From positions 7,502,001 through 7,566,000 of the forward strand of contig NW_025963957.1 of assembly GCF_023055435.1 (NCBI RefSeq): 64,000 nucleotides of DNA. The letters run 5' to 3'. This document shows positions 13,107 through 25,000 of the stretch, in pieces (the first letter of the stretch is position 1; each line of letters begins with the position of its first letter). The position numbers were made by a program, and so were the translations under genes. The notes beneath the pieces are model-generated. The model did no database searches, was not told where the DNA came from, and saw only the letters and a program-made list of their open reading frames with translations. This DNA is from Haliotis rufescens. Its lineage: Eukaryota.

Positions 13107-13473
13107 GATTCGGGAAAAATATGGCAACTATGCGGGCCTCGCTTACGAAGCTTACGCTTCCTAAGTGCCAAGTTTCCCAACTCCCCAATGGTCTCGGTGC
13201 CTTAGGTTTGATACCTCCCAATCTGTTGACTGACATTGAGAGAGTACGAAAAGCTGTTCGACCAGTCAGCGCTTCCTGGGAGAAGTCCCATTCGCTGTCT
13301 GGGCTGCGTGTAAAGGGGGCAAGGGCCCTGAGCTGATGATGAGCCTAACCAGCCTGACTGTGCCAGGATCATCCGAACCTTCTTTTCTGCATTTATGCTT
13401 TTACTTATAATTATGATGATGGTATATGATGATGATGACTCCTTGCTTTCTGGCATTGAATGTTTCATTGCAG

Positions 13474-13756
13474 TCGATGTTTACATTCAACCAAGCATTT
13501 AAAAATCCATGCTGGTGGGAAACATCACTTGATGAGAGCAACTGTGTTGATCTGATGGAAGACGCACGGAAACCACTGCGACAAGCGCACAGAGACCTCA
13601 GGAGCAACAAGAGGATCCTGCGATGCCTGCCGTATTTCCAGATAGTGGGTCAGGCCAAATGTGGAACAACTGATCTCTTCAGTAAACTTCTCATGCACCC
13701 ACACGCAGTACCGACCATGGTGAAGGAGACGCAGTGGGTTAGCCGCGTGCGAACAA
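13474..13756 (+). CDS. CHST15: CHST15-like sulfotransferase, exon 2 (5'-PAPS-binding loop)
   Basis: ttgcag|SMFTF..FKNPCWWE..LRCLPYFQIVGQAKCGTTDLF..HP..KE..W, phase 0 to 1, donor A|gtacgt. Confidence 0.92.
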
Positions 13757-13946
13757 GTACGTTTCTCTAGCTGATCTATCTACGAGCTGTCAACATTTGC
13801 TCAACGTATAACCATCAACGTATATATCCCTACCCCCATCTCTTACATGAGTAAATGACGAATCGACAAACAACTTCATATGAAAGCTCTAGAGCTGAGC
13901 TTGTTGGCTGCTGTAATTAATAAATAATTATATTTTATCGTTTCAG

Positions 13947-14039
13947 ACCAGTTTTGTTCTCCCGTCAACACGTACGTGAACTACTTTCAAAAGAGTGCCA
14001 ATAGTATCAGACAAGGATTGCGGGATAAAGCTATAATAG
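13947..14039 (+). CDS. CHST15: CHST15-like sulfotransferase, exon 3
   Basis: tttcag|(N)QFCSPVNTYVNYFQKSANSIRQGLRDKAII(G)|gtaaac, phase 1 to 1. Confidence 0.85.
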
Positions 14040-14099
14040 GTAAACCACTTTGTCTTTGAGGTCTGATCATAATTTTTCATAGTTCTGTTTTAGATATTG

Positions 14100-15700
14100 A
14101 GATTACTACACTTACACACTTACGAGTTGTAAGATCAATGGTATCTGACAGGCACGAGTGCAGTAATCTGTTTCTTACACACCCGAAAATCGCACCTTTT
14201 TAGCATCGATTTGATCAATTTTGTCTATTCTCATGATCGCAGTAGCGCATTAATATATAACACCACTGTCATAAGCGACGTCATCCTATGTACTGCTTAC
14301 TACTCAGAAATAATGTGACCCTACACAATAAGGTTTCCGCCATATCTGCGGATTATCCAGGCATTGATGATAATGCAAACTATACAAAAAAAAGAACGCG
14401 TTTGGTGCCGAGTTAAAACAATGTTTACTTCCGTATGACATCACTACCTTTGACCGACTTTTACAAAATGGCTTCTTCACTGACAACAGTACGCGGGGTT
14501 TCTAGAGGAGGGTTTTCGTTGATTGAGGGATCGTAATACATAAATGTGTCACATAAGTAATCAAAAACATTCTGACAATCTGCCTACTGTTATTTGTTTA
14601 CCATGTTTTCCAATGTAACAAAGAGAATTGGTCAGAAATGCAAATAACTACCGTCATCGTTGAGCATGATTTAGCATCAGTCATAGCGTCACACAGGACG
14701 GAAACTTTTACGGCTTCTGTTGAATTTACCACATCATTGTAATGTATATATGTGTAATTCCATAATTAGGGCAACGATATTCTTCCCATGAATAATCTCA
14801 AACGCATGATCGAGCCAATGTATGCAACAATTAAACGAAAGTGCCTCTAAAAATGCTACACAGTGTAAAATCTGAATTTTGCTTTTTTACATTTCAGCAA
14901 GTACAGTTTTCGTTTCCATGCCTAATTTATTTCGCATGTTTTCATCTAGATTATTTGAATTGGTGACAAAGACCATTTGTCACTTGTTTCTAAAATGTAT
15001 GAGGAATTCAGGGATGCATGTATAGCAGCTGAGTTTGAAATATACCTTATAGAAAAGGCGTCTCATAACCGGCATTTTGTGAACACAATCCAATATGGCG
15101 GAATGTACACTTCGCATTCAATCCGATTATATATCAGCGACGTTTCAGAACTATCATGAGTGATTTGATACCCGTGATCACTAATATGCTATTTCCCTAC
15201 TTTAGTTATTCGAGTAATTTTCAGAAGTCACTTTCAGAAATTTTGATTTGCCTATAATGAAATTAAATGATAAACAGAAGGGTGAATACATTGTGAAGTG
15301 TATTAGTTTGCGTGATGTATTTTGAATCTTATTCGACTTAGAAGTGAGGGTTGAAGAGGGGGGACATATTTGTCGCTGTGGCATCCAGGGGGTTTACACT
15401 CTGAAAAACGATAACGTTGACATAACAACAGATAATGTAACTGATCATAATAACAAACTCGCAGACGAGGACGAGGTTGTTTATTTTTACACAGTCCTGT
15501 GGTTCAATGCAGACGCAGGTGAACATTCGACTGAAGCACAAGCCTCTCAGATTGACTTACACTCAGGAAAGTAGTCCGTTATCATCTGACCTCATGTCAT
15601 CACCATGGAGTAACCAATCACGGGCCTGGAATTCGATCTCACCCAAATTTTTGATACCAGTTATCTCAAATGGGTTTCTCACCCACAGGTGTGTAAGAAA
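14100..15700 (+). mobile_element. Non-autonomous hairpin/subTIR element, family C (~1.6 kb) in intron 3
   Basis: Terminal hairpin 14100-14169 (agattactacact..agtgcagtaatct), then tttcttacacacc (14171-14183), whose perfect inverted partner ggtgtgtaagaaa is at 15688-15700. Confidence 0.6.
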
Positions 15701-15703
15701 TGG

Positions 15704-16100
15704 AGAATCTAATCCGAGTGTTATTTGATATCAAATATATCAACACGCGTTGATGAAAATAAAAAGGGTTTTCTTCCACTTTTATCGACGAGTGTTGATA
15801 TATTTGATATCAAAAGACACGAGGGTGAGAATTTTTTTATCATCCAACATCATTCTTCCAACTTTTTAAGTTTGTAGACAGGAATAAGCTGTTGTGTCTT
15901 AAATGTAAAAGGTACTGCTAACAGCTTCGGCAGCAGAGCCATTCGTGATGTCATTTGATTGTGACGTCATGGTAACAATGACAACACAATGGTCTGCAAA
16001 GCATTGTGATGCGATTATATTGCAGCAACATCTACAATGTACACAACGCTTGATCTCACCCAAGCCATATCTCCTGTGGGAGCAAATTTGGGATGATAAA
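15704..16100 (+). mobile_element. Non-autonomous hairpin/subTIR element, family B
   Basis: Hairpin 15704-15833, then tttatcatcc (from 15836) with partner ggatgataaa (16091-16100). A related reversed copy lies at 28214-28500. Confidence 0.7.
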
Positions 16101-16868
16101 TTGGGATTGACCCCTTTTCGTATCCATGTGAAGTTCATGCCGGTGTGTTTATTTCGCACAAACACCTATGTAAAGGGTAGTGGTCTCATAAACGAGCTAT
16201 GTATTTGCAATTTCAAATTCCGAAATTTATGCAAAAAGTTGACGTAACCTAGGTTGATCTAACCAATAAAAAATGTCCATTTAAAAAGCGCCTAATTCCA
16301 AATCGATAACATTCTGATGTCGCATACAATGTTAGTTTAAAGAGACGTTAAAAAGATAAGTCATAATTTGCGCTTGAAAGCAGAATGGGTTTGCGTTATC
16401 CGAGGATAGTCTGGATGAGTGTTCCTCTTCCTGACTGCTCCTAGACTGAAGGATCGAAGGCCACATGATTAAAGTGTCCATCCGGGGACTTCAAGAAGAT
16501 GCTTAGGTCCTGAAAGCAAGACCCTTATGTGGCAGGATTCAGTGAGTAGGTCACAGAAGTAGCCAGAAGCAGAGCCGTTCACACGTCAAGGACAGCATCT
16601 TAAAGTCCTCTCCTGCTCTCACTTGCCGACACTGATGTGCTGGAGTGAAGCTGTCAAAGCTTAAGTGTTCTGAATCAGTTGTAGCCGAGGGATTAGGTCC
16701 TGAGCTATATTATGTAGCTAACTGTTGCCACAGTCACGGCAAGACAATATCAGGAATCGCCCGCACTGGACGCATGTCATTCCTACCTGTTGGAGACGCG
16801 TGGGATGTTGAAATCGCTTTATTAATTACGAATATGTTTTTATTGAACACGGACTAATTATTTTTCAG

Positions 16869-17025
16869 GGGAAGCTACTCCAAGCTATTTGTCGATTAAT
16901 CGATTGTGGGACCTGTTGCCAGGCAACGAGGGGTGCACGGAGCCATGTGTCACTAATGCTGACATTATCCACCACCTGAATCCAAACACGAAGATCATCA
17001 TAATTCTCCGCAATCCCACTGACAG
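16869..17025 (+). CDS. CHST15: CHST15-like sulfotransferase, exon 4 (3'-PB motif)
   Basis: tttcag|(G)EATPSYLSINRLWDLLPGNEGCTEPCVTNADIIHHLNPNTKIIIILRNPTD(R)|gtgact, phase 1 to 2. Confidence 0.93.
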
Positions 17026-17418
17026 GTGACTGGTGTGGAGCGGATCATGTACCAGGCAGCGTTATAACCCAGCTGACCCACGGGCACGACTCTGCCGGGA
17101 TGGGTCTCCCCTTTAGCTGTTCAACGATGTGCTGGCGTTCTAATCACATATTTAGAATTTGTCCCAATCCCCTATCTATTCATTTAAACTCGTGCTCGTA
17201 TGTTTCGTAACAGAACCAAACGTCTGAACTCGCTTAGCACATATGCAGGTCCTAATATTATTGACACGTCGCCCTGAGCATTGTTAAACTCATTCTCATC
17301 TCCGTGATTTAGTTTAGAGAGAAGAAGTATGTTTGATAATTCCTTTGAAGCATTCCTACATACAACCGTGAATGCAAATCATGCACTTCCTGATGCGTGT
17401 CTGTTGTTACGGTTGCAG

Positions 17419-17590
17419 ACTTTACTCCTACTACTTCCACGTGGAGCGAATAAGTAAAGAAAGGGCGTATAAGGGGGAGTTCCACCAGCTGGTGATGCGG
17501 GAGGTGGCAGAGTACCAGGACTGTCTCAAAACCAACACGCCCCGGAGATGCGCTTACAACTACACGTCTTCATCTGTACCTACGAAAAAG
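17419..17590 (+). CDS. CHST15: CHST15-like sulfotransferase, exon 5
   Basis: ttgcag|LYSYYF..EFHQLV..YQDCLKTNTPRRCAYN..KK|gtactt, phase 2 to 0. Confidence 0.9.
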
Positions 17591-17784
17591 GTACTTAGAC
17601 ACTTTGGGTATGATTTCTTCATCTTCATATGCCTAAAATAATTATACTACATGTATTGTATGCTAGGCGTCTTTGCCTAGGAACAGATGCACCCAATACT
17701 CAACATTCAAGTTCTTGGTCAACATCTTCACACGCTTATCTGCTTTCTGAGCTTCATCTTTCAGAGTATCATGGCATGTTACAG

Positions 17785-17932
17785 ATCGACCTCAGAAGAG
17801 GATTATATTCCATATTTGTCACAGACTGGATGAAAGTATACCCCTCGGAGCAGATGCTCATCCTCAGATTCGAAGACTACAAAAACAAAGTAGAAGAACA
17901 CCTCCAGCAGGTTTTCACTTTCCTCGACCTCA
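17785..17932 (+). CDS. CHST15: CHST15-like sulfotransferase, exon 6
   Basis: ttacag|IDLRRGLYSIFVTDWMKVYPSEQMLILRFEDY..LQQVFTFLDL|gtgaga, phase 0 to 1. Confidence 0.92.
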
Positions 17933-18284
17933 GTGAGAACTTGTTTATTTGAATCCGCCAAATCGTGTTGAATAGCAATGCATTTAGGAAACAATCCTAA
18001 CGCTAGCTGTGAACAAAACGCATATTCATATTTCATACACACGCACAAATACATTCCAAGTTGAAATATATTTTGTTCATCTTTCATAAACTGTGAAGTG
18101 TGTATTTTCTATATCTTAATCTGATGACACTTGGAGTCACACGGGTCGGACACGGCGCCACATTACCTGAGCAGTCCCATAGCTAGGATGCGATGATTAA
18201 TGACAGGCTGGACTAAACTCGCACATTCAGTATCACTTTCAATAAGTCAAAGCGTCTTTAAACCCAACTCACCCACTCACTCAC

Positions 18285-18548
18285 TAGTTTGTTTGTTTAT
18301 TGTTCAACGCCGCACTCAGCAATATTCCAGCTATATGACGGCAGTGTGTAAATAATGGAGTCTGAACCAGACAATCCAGCGATTGACATCGTGAACATCG
18401 ATCCACGCCTCTCGGATGCGATGACATGCATCAACCAAGTCAGCGAGCCTGACCATCCGACCCCGTTAGTGCCCTCTATCGGCATAGTCGCCTTTTATGG
18501 CAAGCATGGGTTGCTGAAAACCTATTCTACCCCGGATCTGCACGGGTC
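18285..18548 (-). mobile_element. SINE family 1, near full length (intron 6)
   Basis: Minus strand runs from gacccgtg to tatagctggaatattgctgagtgcggcgttgaacaataaacaaac. Other fragments at ~4820-4905 (-), 6385-6510, 9475-9600, 49560-49770, 51380-51610 and 52240-52400. Confidence 0.85.
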
Positions 18549-18923
18549 CACTTGCTATAAGACGAGAGTTGGGTGATCATGAGTATCTCACCGAAGGAAA
18601 TGAAGATATGTCACTTCCTGCAGCATACGCAAACAAACCTGAGGACAACATGACAGAACCTGATCCTCATCAGCTTTCAGTCAGGAAACCAGGTGTTCCA
18701 AATCGTTTGACAATATCCTCCTCTAAACAACGGATTCAGTGTTACTAAATTATATGTCTCCGAACATTTTGCCACTCATATGCCTTGTATATCACATACA
18801 TAGATATAACAATTCAATCGTTCATATAAGATGAAAACCACGTGCGTATGTACAAAGATGATACATGCACCAACGTAACGATTCAATTCACAGAGCTCGT
18901 AACCTGGCCATCTTATGTTTCAG

Positions 18924-19120
18924 TGCCACTTTCCCAGAAGAAGATTACATCAATAGCTAATTCCGCAATCCAAAATAAACGTCAAGCATCCAGTAGAAAG
19001 TTTGGTGACATGTGGACGTCGACAAGGGAGGTTCTCGATAGGTTCTACAAGCCATATAATGAACAGTTGTCTGCTCTACTACAGAACGAGCGTTACCTAT
19101 GGCGTAAAACTGTGAACTGA
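18924..19120 (+). CDS. CHST15: CHST15-like sulfotransferase, exon 7 (stop); full protein 421 aa
   Basis: tttcag|(M)PLSQKKI..NKR..GDMWTSTREVLDRFYKPYNEQLSALLQNERYLW..*. All seven exon phases are compatible (1266 nt). Confidence 0.92.
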
Positions 19121-19989
19121 AAGACTTTAGGTTAAACACTCTCATAGAAATCACGAGAAATTACTTCACATTCGTGGTAACTGAAATATTGATTCTCGTA
19201 AACAATTGCGCTTTACAAATGCCAACTATATGGTGGTACCGGGGATTACAGAGCACTTTAATTATCTACTGAATACTGTCATGTCAAATGTGCCTCTTCT
19301 CAACTCAAAACAATATTGCCAATAGTTTATGTTTGTATCAGATTGCGATACGTCTTTGTGGGCGTTAAATCGCAATATTTCTAGTATTTCAAGATCAGCT
19401 ATGATAAAAGTGCCTGGTATGAATCATTCTTATTTCTGACGCCTTTTCATTTTTTATACTATCTACATGCTTGAACACTTACCTAACAATAGAAGGTATT
19501 AATTTCCTTGATGCAAATGCAATACTGAAGGAGTCCGGGCTATCGACTGAATCCACCACGTGTTCATGCATACTAGGAAAACGCCTGCATGCATTGAATC
19601 CCGTTGCAACATCATGGGAAGAGGGTAGGGCATGTTTGAGTCCACTAGGTACACGGGCCGAGTAAATACTGAATCCCCAACTTGTATACAGGGGATGGAG
19701 TAAACATGATACATATATTGAATGCCTCAGGTGCAATTGCAAAATCGGAAGAGGGTTGCGATCACATACCATGAATAAGGCACTCGGGAATAACTAAAGA
19801 ACTGTTTTTAGATATAAAGTGTTTTACAATAACCGAAACAGTTACATTACATACGGTGATATTACTATTGTGATATAGCAGCCTTGATGACACCTGAAAA
19901 GATATAAACATGTCAGTTATTGAAATATGACCCATAATATCGGGATCATATCGGGAACATATCGGGGTCACATCGGGATCACAACTCTT

Positions 19990-20670
19990 GATATTGATAC
20001 TGTCGAAACAGGCCAACATTGATGTCGTGTTCAAGAGAAGTCACAACATTCAGAACACAATAAAAGCCACAGGAAACCTACCATCCAGCCACAAGCTGGG
20101 ACCATCAGGATCAGTGTACCACATTCCGTGCAATTGTGGACAGCCTTATATTGGCGAAACATCTTGGCCCCTCAAAACCCGAATTATAGAATATCAAAGC
20201 TCAGTCTCCAAAGATGACACTAAGTCAGCGTTATCAGACCACATCCGTGACAACCCAAGCCACAGCATCCAGTGGGACAAATTCAAAACCCTCACCACCA
20301 ACCTCAAAGACTTCAAAATCCGAAAACTACAAGAAGCCATCGACATCAAAAGACTCCAATCATCAACCATCATCAATGTAAGCTATTACATACCCCAGGC
20401 GCACCATCAAATCATCAAAGACCCCAAGCAGTCATAATCCTTTTGCTTATATTACCTGCTTCACCCTTTTGGGTACATAACAGGCTTCTCCACTCCAGAG
20501 TACTACACCTTAAATCTACTGTACTGTGTACACACTGCCTTCTACCCGTATATATACTTACCAACACACTCTGTCCATCACTTGCTTGATAACGATCTTA
20601 GGACCTACACCGAAACGTCGTTCCTAATTGTAATAAAGAAGTTGTTCATTCATATGTCTTATCCTTACTC
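19990..20670 (+). mobile_element. Penelope-like element, 5'-truncated: GIY-YIG endonuclease plus 3' end
   Basis: SGSVYHIPCNCGQPYIGET..LKTRI.E..SALSDH...H.IQW...RKLQEAIDIK. Ends in a tgataac..ccgaaacgtcg..aataaa module. Confidence 0.9.
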
Positions 20671-20846
20671 AGTACTCAAACTTCTAAATGCCTCTCAAAG
20701 AAGGTATTCTGGAGTTTGACTCTTAACCTGAATCCCTAAGTACGTATAGACCTGACCTTCCACGAGATCGGCAATGACTCCTTCCCCAAGTAAACTGACC
20801 GATCCTCCATCTTCTTCTTCTTCTTGTTGATAACTTTCTTTACAGT

Positions 20847-21007
20847 AGTGAGTGAGTGAGTGAGTTTGGTTTAACGCCGCTTTAAGCAATATTCCAGTAA
20901 TATCGAGGCGGGACATGGGCTTCCAACATTGTACCCATGTCGGGAATCGAGCCGGGTCTTCGGCGTGACGAGCGAACGCTTTAACCACTAGGCTACCCGA
21001 CCGTCCC
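20847..21007 (-). mobile_element. tRNA-derived SINE (family 2)
   Basis: Head gggacggtcgggtagcctagtggttaaagcgttcgctcgtcacgccgaagacccggctcgattccc has A/B-box-like motifs, and there is an (ACTC)n tail. Related pieces at ~35030-35135 (-), 46770-46860, 50950-51080 and 51830-51920. Confidence 0.85.
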
Positions 21008-21029
21008 TTCTGATGATCCGACATTTATA

Positions 21030-21460
21030 CAAGAAGTTGGCATCGCCATGGGCACCAGTTGTTCTCACCTCCTTGCTGATCTGTTTCTTATGCAGATGAA
21101 TGGGAACACAGGAAGATGTGGCCAAGAAATTTAATAACTTAATTTTCATGTATATTGATGATCTGATATCGATCAATAATTGTCAAATAGACAATTACCT
21201 TCAACGTTCCGTGAATAAAAAAGAACAGTGACATTTGGTTCATGTTTAGATTGGTGCAGTCAAGTTACAGTAAAGTATCCACAGGATTGTAGAACAAGAG
21301 GTATCACTTTAACTTTTCAAAAGTCAACTTTTCCTTTATGTCGAGCAATATTCCAGCGGCTCCAGCCTTTGGTGATTACATTAGGTTTGAAGTACAATCG
21401 AGCCTGCCTTTTCAATGAAGATTTCAAAGAGCGGCATGTGATTGTTGCTAAAAATGTTTG
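21030..21460 (+). mobile_element. Decayed Penelope-type reverse transcriptase fragment
   Basis: Frameshifted motifs QEVGIAMGTSCSHLLADLFL, YIDDLISINN and (VNFPF)MSSNIPAAPAFG. Further fragments at 40030-40240 (KRDNFNF..FLSSNIPAAPAY) and 59175-59360. Confidence 0.8.
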
Positions 21461-22007
21461 AATAGGGTTATAACGACTGGTACCATTCCCTGTACCACAT
21501 GATCCCATATTTAGTTGAAGGTGAGCAGCTGACTTGCCCTTGAATGTGTTTGTGACGAGCGTCACCCCTGGGGAAGGGTATGCACACCCTTTGCGAACAC
21601 CTGGTGTCCTCGCTATTAAACAGTGATTCTTAAACACAAGCTCATGATACACTTAAAATCGTACAATGTACTTTCTGCTTTTAGAAGTGATTTCTTATCA
21701 TTATGGTTATTGTGTGGTTTATATTCACATCATTCGATGCCTCAGTAAAGCTTTCGAAATGTTTTATGTGGAAGACATTTCCAAATTTCACGCGTCAGTA
21801 GCCACAGTTATGTTTTTCAGGTGAAGACTGTTCTTGCCTTTGCATGTGTTTGTGAAAGATGGCATGGGGATGAATACGCTAACTGCGTGTTTGTTCTCTA
21901 ATGCCGTACTCGGCAATATTCCAGTTATATGTCGGTCGTCTGTTTTCAATGGACCCTGGACCGTGGACCCTGGACCCTGGAGCAGTCAATACAGTGGTTA
22001 TCATCAC

Positions 22008-25000
22008 GAGCAACAATGTGTGGAGTTGGGACACGATGACATACATCAATCAAGTTAGCGACCCTGACACCCGATCCCGTTAGCAGAGCAACAATGTGTG
22101 GAGTTGGGACACGATGACATACATCAATCAAGTTAGCGACCCTGACACCCGATCCCGTTAGCAGAGCAACAATGTGTGGAGTTGGGACACGATGACATAC
22201 ATCAATCAAGTTAGCGACCCTGACACCCGATCCCGTTAGCAGAGCAACAATGTGTGGAGTTGGGACACGATGACATACATCAATCAAGTTAGCGACCCTG
22301 ACACCCGATCCCGTTAGCAGAGCAACAATGTGTGGAGTTGGGACACGATGACATACATCAATCAAGTTAGCGACCCTGACACCCGATCCCGTTAGCAGAG
22401 CAACAATGTGTGGAGTTGGGACACGATGACATACATCAATCAAGTTAGCGACCCTGACACCCGATCCCGTTAGCAGAGCAACAATGTGTGGAGTTGGGAC
22501 ACGATGACATACATCAATCAAGTTAGCGACCCTGACACCCGATCCCGTTAGCAGAGCAACAATGTGTGGAGTTGGGACACGATGACATACATCAATCAAG
22601 TTAGCGACCCTGACACCCGATCCCGTTAGCAGAGCAACAATGTGTGGAGTTGGGACACGATGACATACATCAATCAAGTTAGCGACCCTGACACCCGATC
22701 CCGTTAGCAGAGCAACAATGTGTGGAGTTGGGACACGATGACATACATCAATCAAGTTAGCGACCCTGACACCCGATCCCGTTAGCAGAGCAACAATGTG
22801 TGGAGTTGGGACACGATGACATACATCAATCAAGTTAGCGACCCTGACACCCGATCCCGTTAGCAGAGCAACAATGTGTGGAGTTGGGACACGATGACAT
22901 ACATCAATCAAGTTAGCGACCCTGACACCCGATCCCGTTAGCAGAGCAACAATGTGTGGAGTTGGGACACGATGACATACATCAATCAAGTTAGCGACCC
23001 TGACACCCGATCCCGTTAGCAGAGCAACAATGTGTGGAGTTGGGACACGATGACATACATCAATCAAGTTAGCGACCCTGACACCCGATCCCGTTAGCAG
23101 AGCAACAATGTGTGGAGTTGGGACACGATGACATACATCAATCAAGTTAGCGACCCTGACACCCGATCCCGTTAGCAGAGCAACAATGTGTGGAGTTGGG
23201 ACACGATGACATACATCAATCAAGTTAGCGACCCTGACACCCGATCCCGTTAGCAGAGCAACAATGTGTGGAGTTGGGACACGATGACATACATCAATCA
23301 AGTTAGCGACCCTGACACCCGATCCCGTTAGCAGAGCAACAATGTGTGGAGTTGGGACACGATGACATACATCAATCAAGTTAGCGACCCTGACACCCGA
23401 TCCCGTTAGCAGAGCAACAATGTGTGGAGTTGGGACACGATGACATACATCAATCAAGTTAGCGACCCTGACACCCGATCCCGTTAGCAGAGCAACAATG
23501 TGTGGAGTTGGGACACGATGACATACATCAATCAAGTTAGCGACCCTGACACCCGATCCCGTTAGCAGAGCAACAATGTGTGGAGTTGGGACACGATGAC
23601 ATACATCAATCAAGTTAGCGACCCTGACACCCGATCCCGTTAGCAGAGCAACAATGTGTGGAGTTGGGACACGATGACATACATCAATCTAATTAGCGAC
23701 CCTGACACCCGATCCCGTTAGCAGAGCAACAATGTGTGGAGTTGGGACACGATGACATACATCAATCTAATTAGCGACCCTGACACCCGATCCCGTTAGC
23801 AGAGCAACAATGTGTGGAGTTGGGACACGATGACATACATCAATCTAATTAGCGACCCTGACACCCGATCCCGTTAGCAGAGCAACAATGTGTGGAGTTG
23901 GGACACGATGACATACATCAATCTAATTAGCGACCCTGACACCCGATCCCGTTAGCAGAGCAACAATGTGTGGAGTTGGGACACGATGACATACATCAAT
24001 CAAGTTAGCGACCCTGACACCCGATCCCGTTAGAAGAACAACAATGTGTGGAGTTGGGACACGATGACATACATCAATCTAATTAGCGACCCTGACACCC
24101 GATCCCGTTAGCAGAGCAACAATGTGTGGAGTTGGGACACGATGACATACATCAATCAAGTTAGCGACCCTGACACCCGATCCCGTTAGAAGAACAACAA
24201 TGTGTGGAGTTGGGACACGATGACATACATCAATCTAATTAGCGACCCTGACACCCGATCCCGTTAGCAGAGCAACAATGTGTGGAGTTGGGACACGATG
24301 ACATACATCAATCTAATTAGCGACCCTGACACCCGATATCGTTAGCAGAGCAACAATGTGTGGAGTTGGGACACGATGACATACATCAATCTAATTAGCG
24401 ACCCTGACACCCGATCCCGTTAGCAGAGCAACAATGTGTGGAGTTGGGACACGATGACATACATCAATCTAATTAGCGACCCTGACACCCGATCCCGTTA
24501 GCAGAGCAACAATGTGTGGAGTTGGGACACGATGACATACATCAATCTAATTAGCGACCCTGACACCCGATCCCGTTAGCAGAGCAACAATGTGTGGAGT
24601 TGGGACACGATGACATACATCAATCAAGTTAGCGACCCTGACACCCGATCCCGTTAGCAGAGCAACAATGTGTGGAGTTGGGACACGATGACATACATCA
24701 ATCAAGTTAGCGACCCTGACACCCGACCCCGTTAGCAGAGCAACAATGTGTGGAGTTGGGACACGATGACATACATCAATCTAATTAGCGACCCTGACAC
24801 CCGATCCCGTTAGCAGAGCAACAATGTGTGGAGTTGGGACACGATGACATACATCAATCAAGTTAGCGACCCTGACACCCGATCCCGTTAGCAGAGCAAC
24901 AATGTGTGGAGTTGGGACACGATGACATACATCAATCAAGTTAGCGACCCTGACACCCGATCCCGTTAGCAGAGCAACAATGTGTGGAGTTGGGACACGA

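Noticed and set aside
13310-13380. Hammerhead-like ctgatga motif in intron 1 of the sulfotransferase
   Set aside because: No downstream stem II plus GAAA, so the core is incomplete.
19483-19668. Exon-like open segment on the minus strand with a gtaagt donor
   Set aside because: No recognisable protein and no partner exons.
20725-20815. IADLVEGQVYTYLGI, similar to an RT YKYLG motif
   Set aside because: Too short to call; possibly a tiny LINE relic.
20847-21007. tRNA gene
   Set aside because: The tRNA-like head runs into a SINE body and (ACTC)n tail, with no acceptor stem or poly-T terminator.
21946-23613. 555-aa ORF of 26-aa repeats
   Set aside because: Translation of the SINE-derived 78-bp satellite. 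Variant units carry stops and there is no start or splice context.
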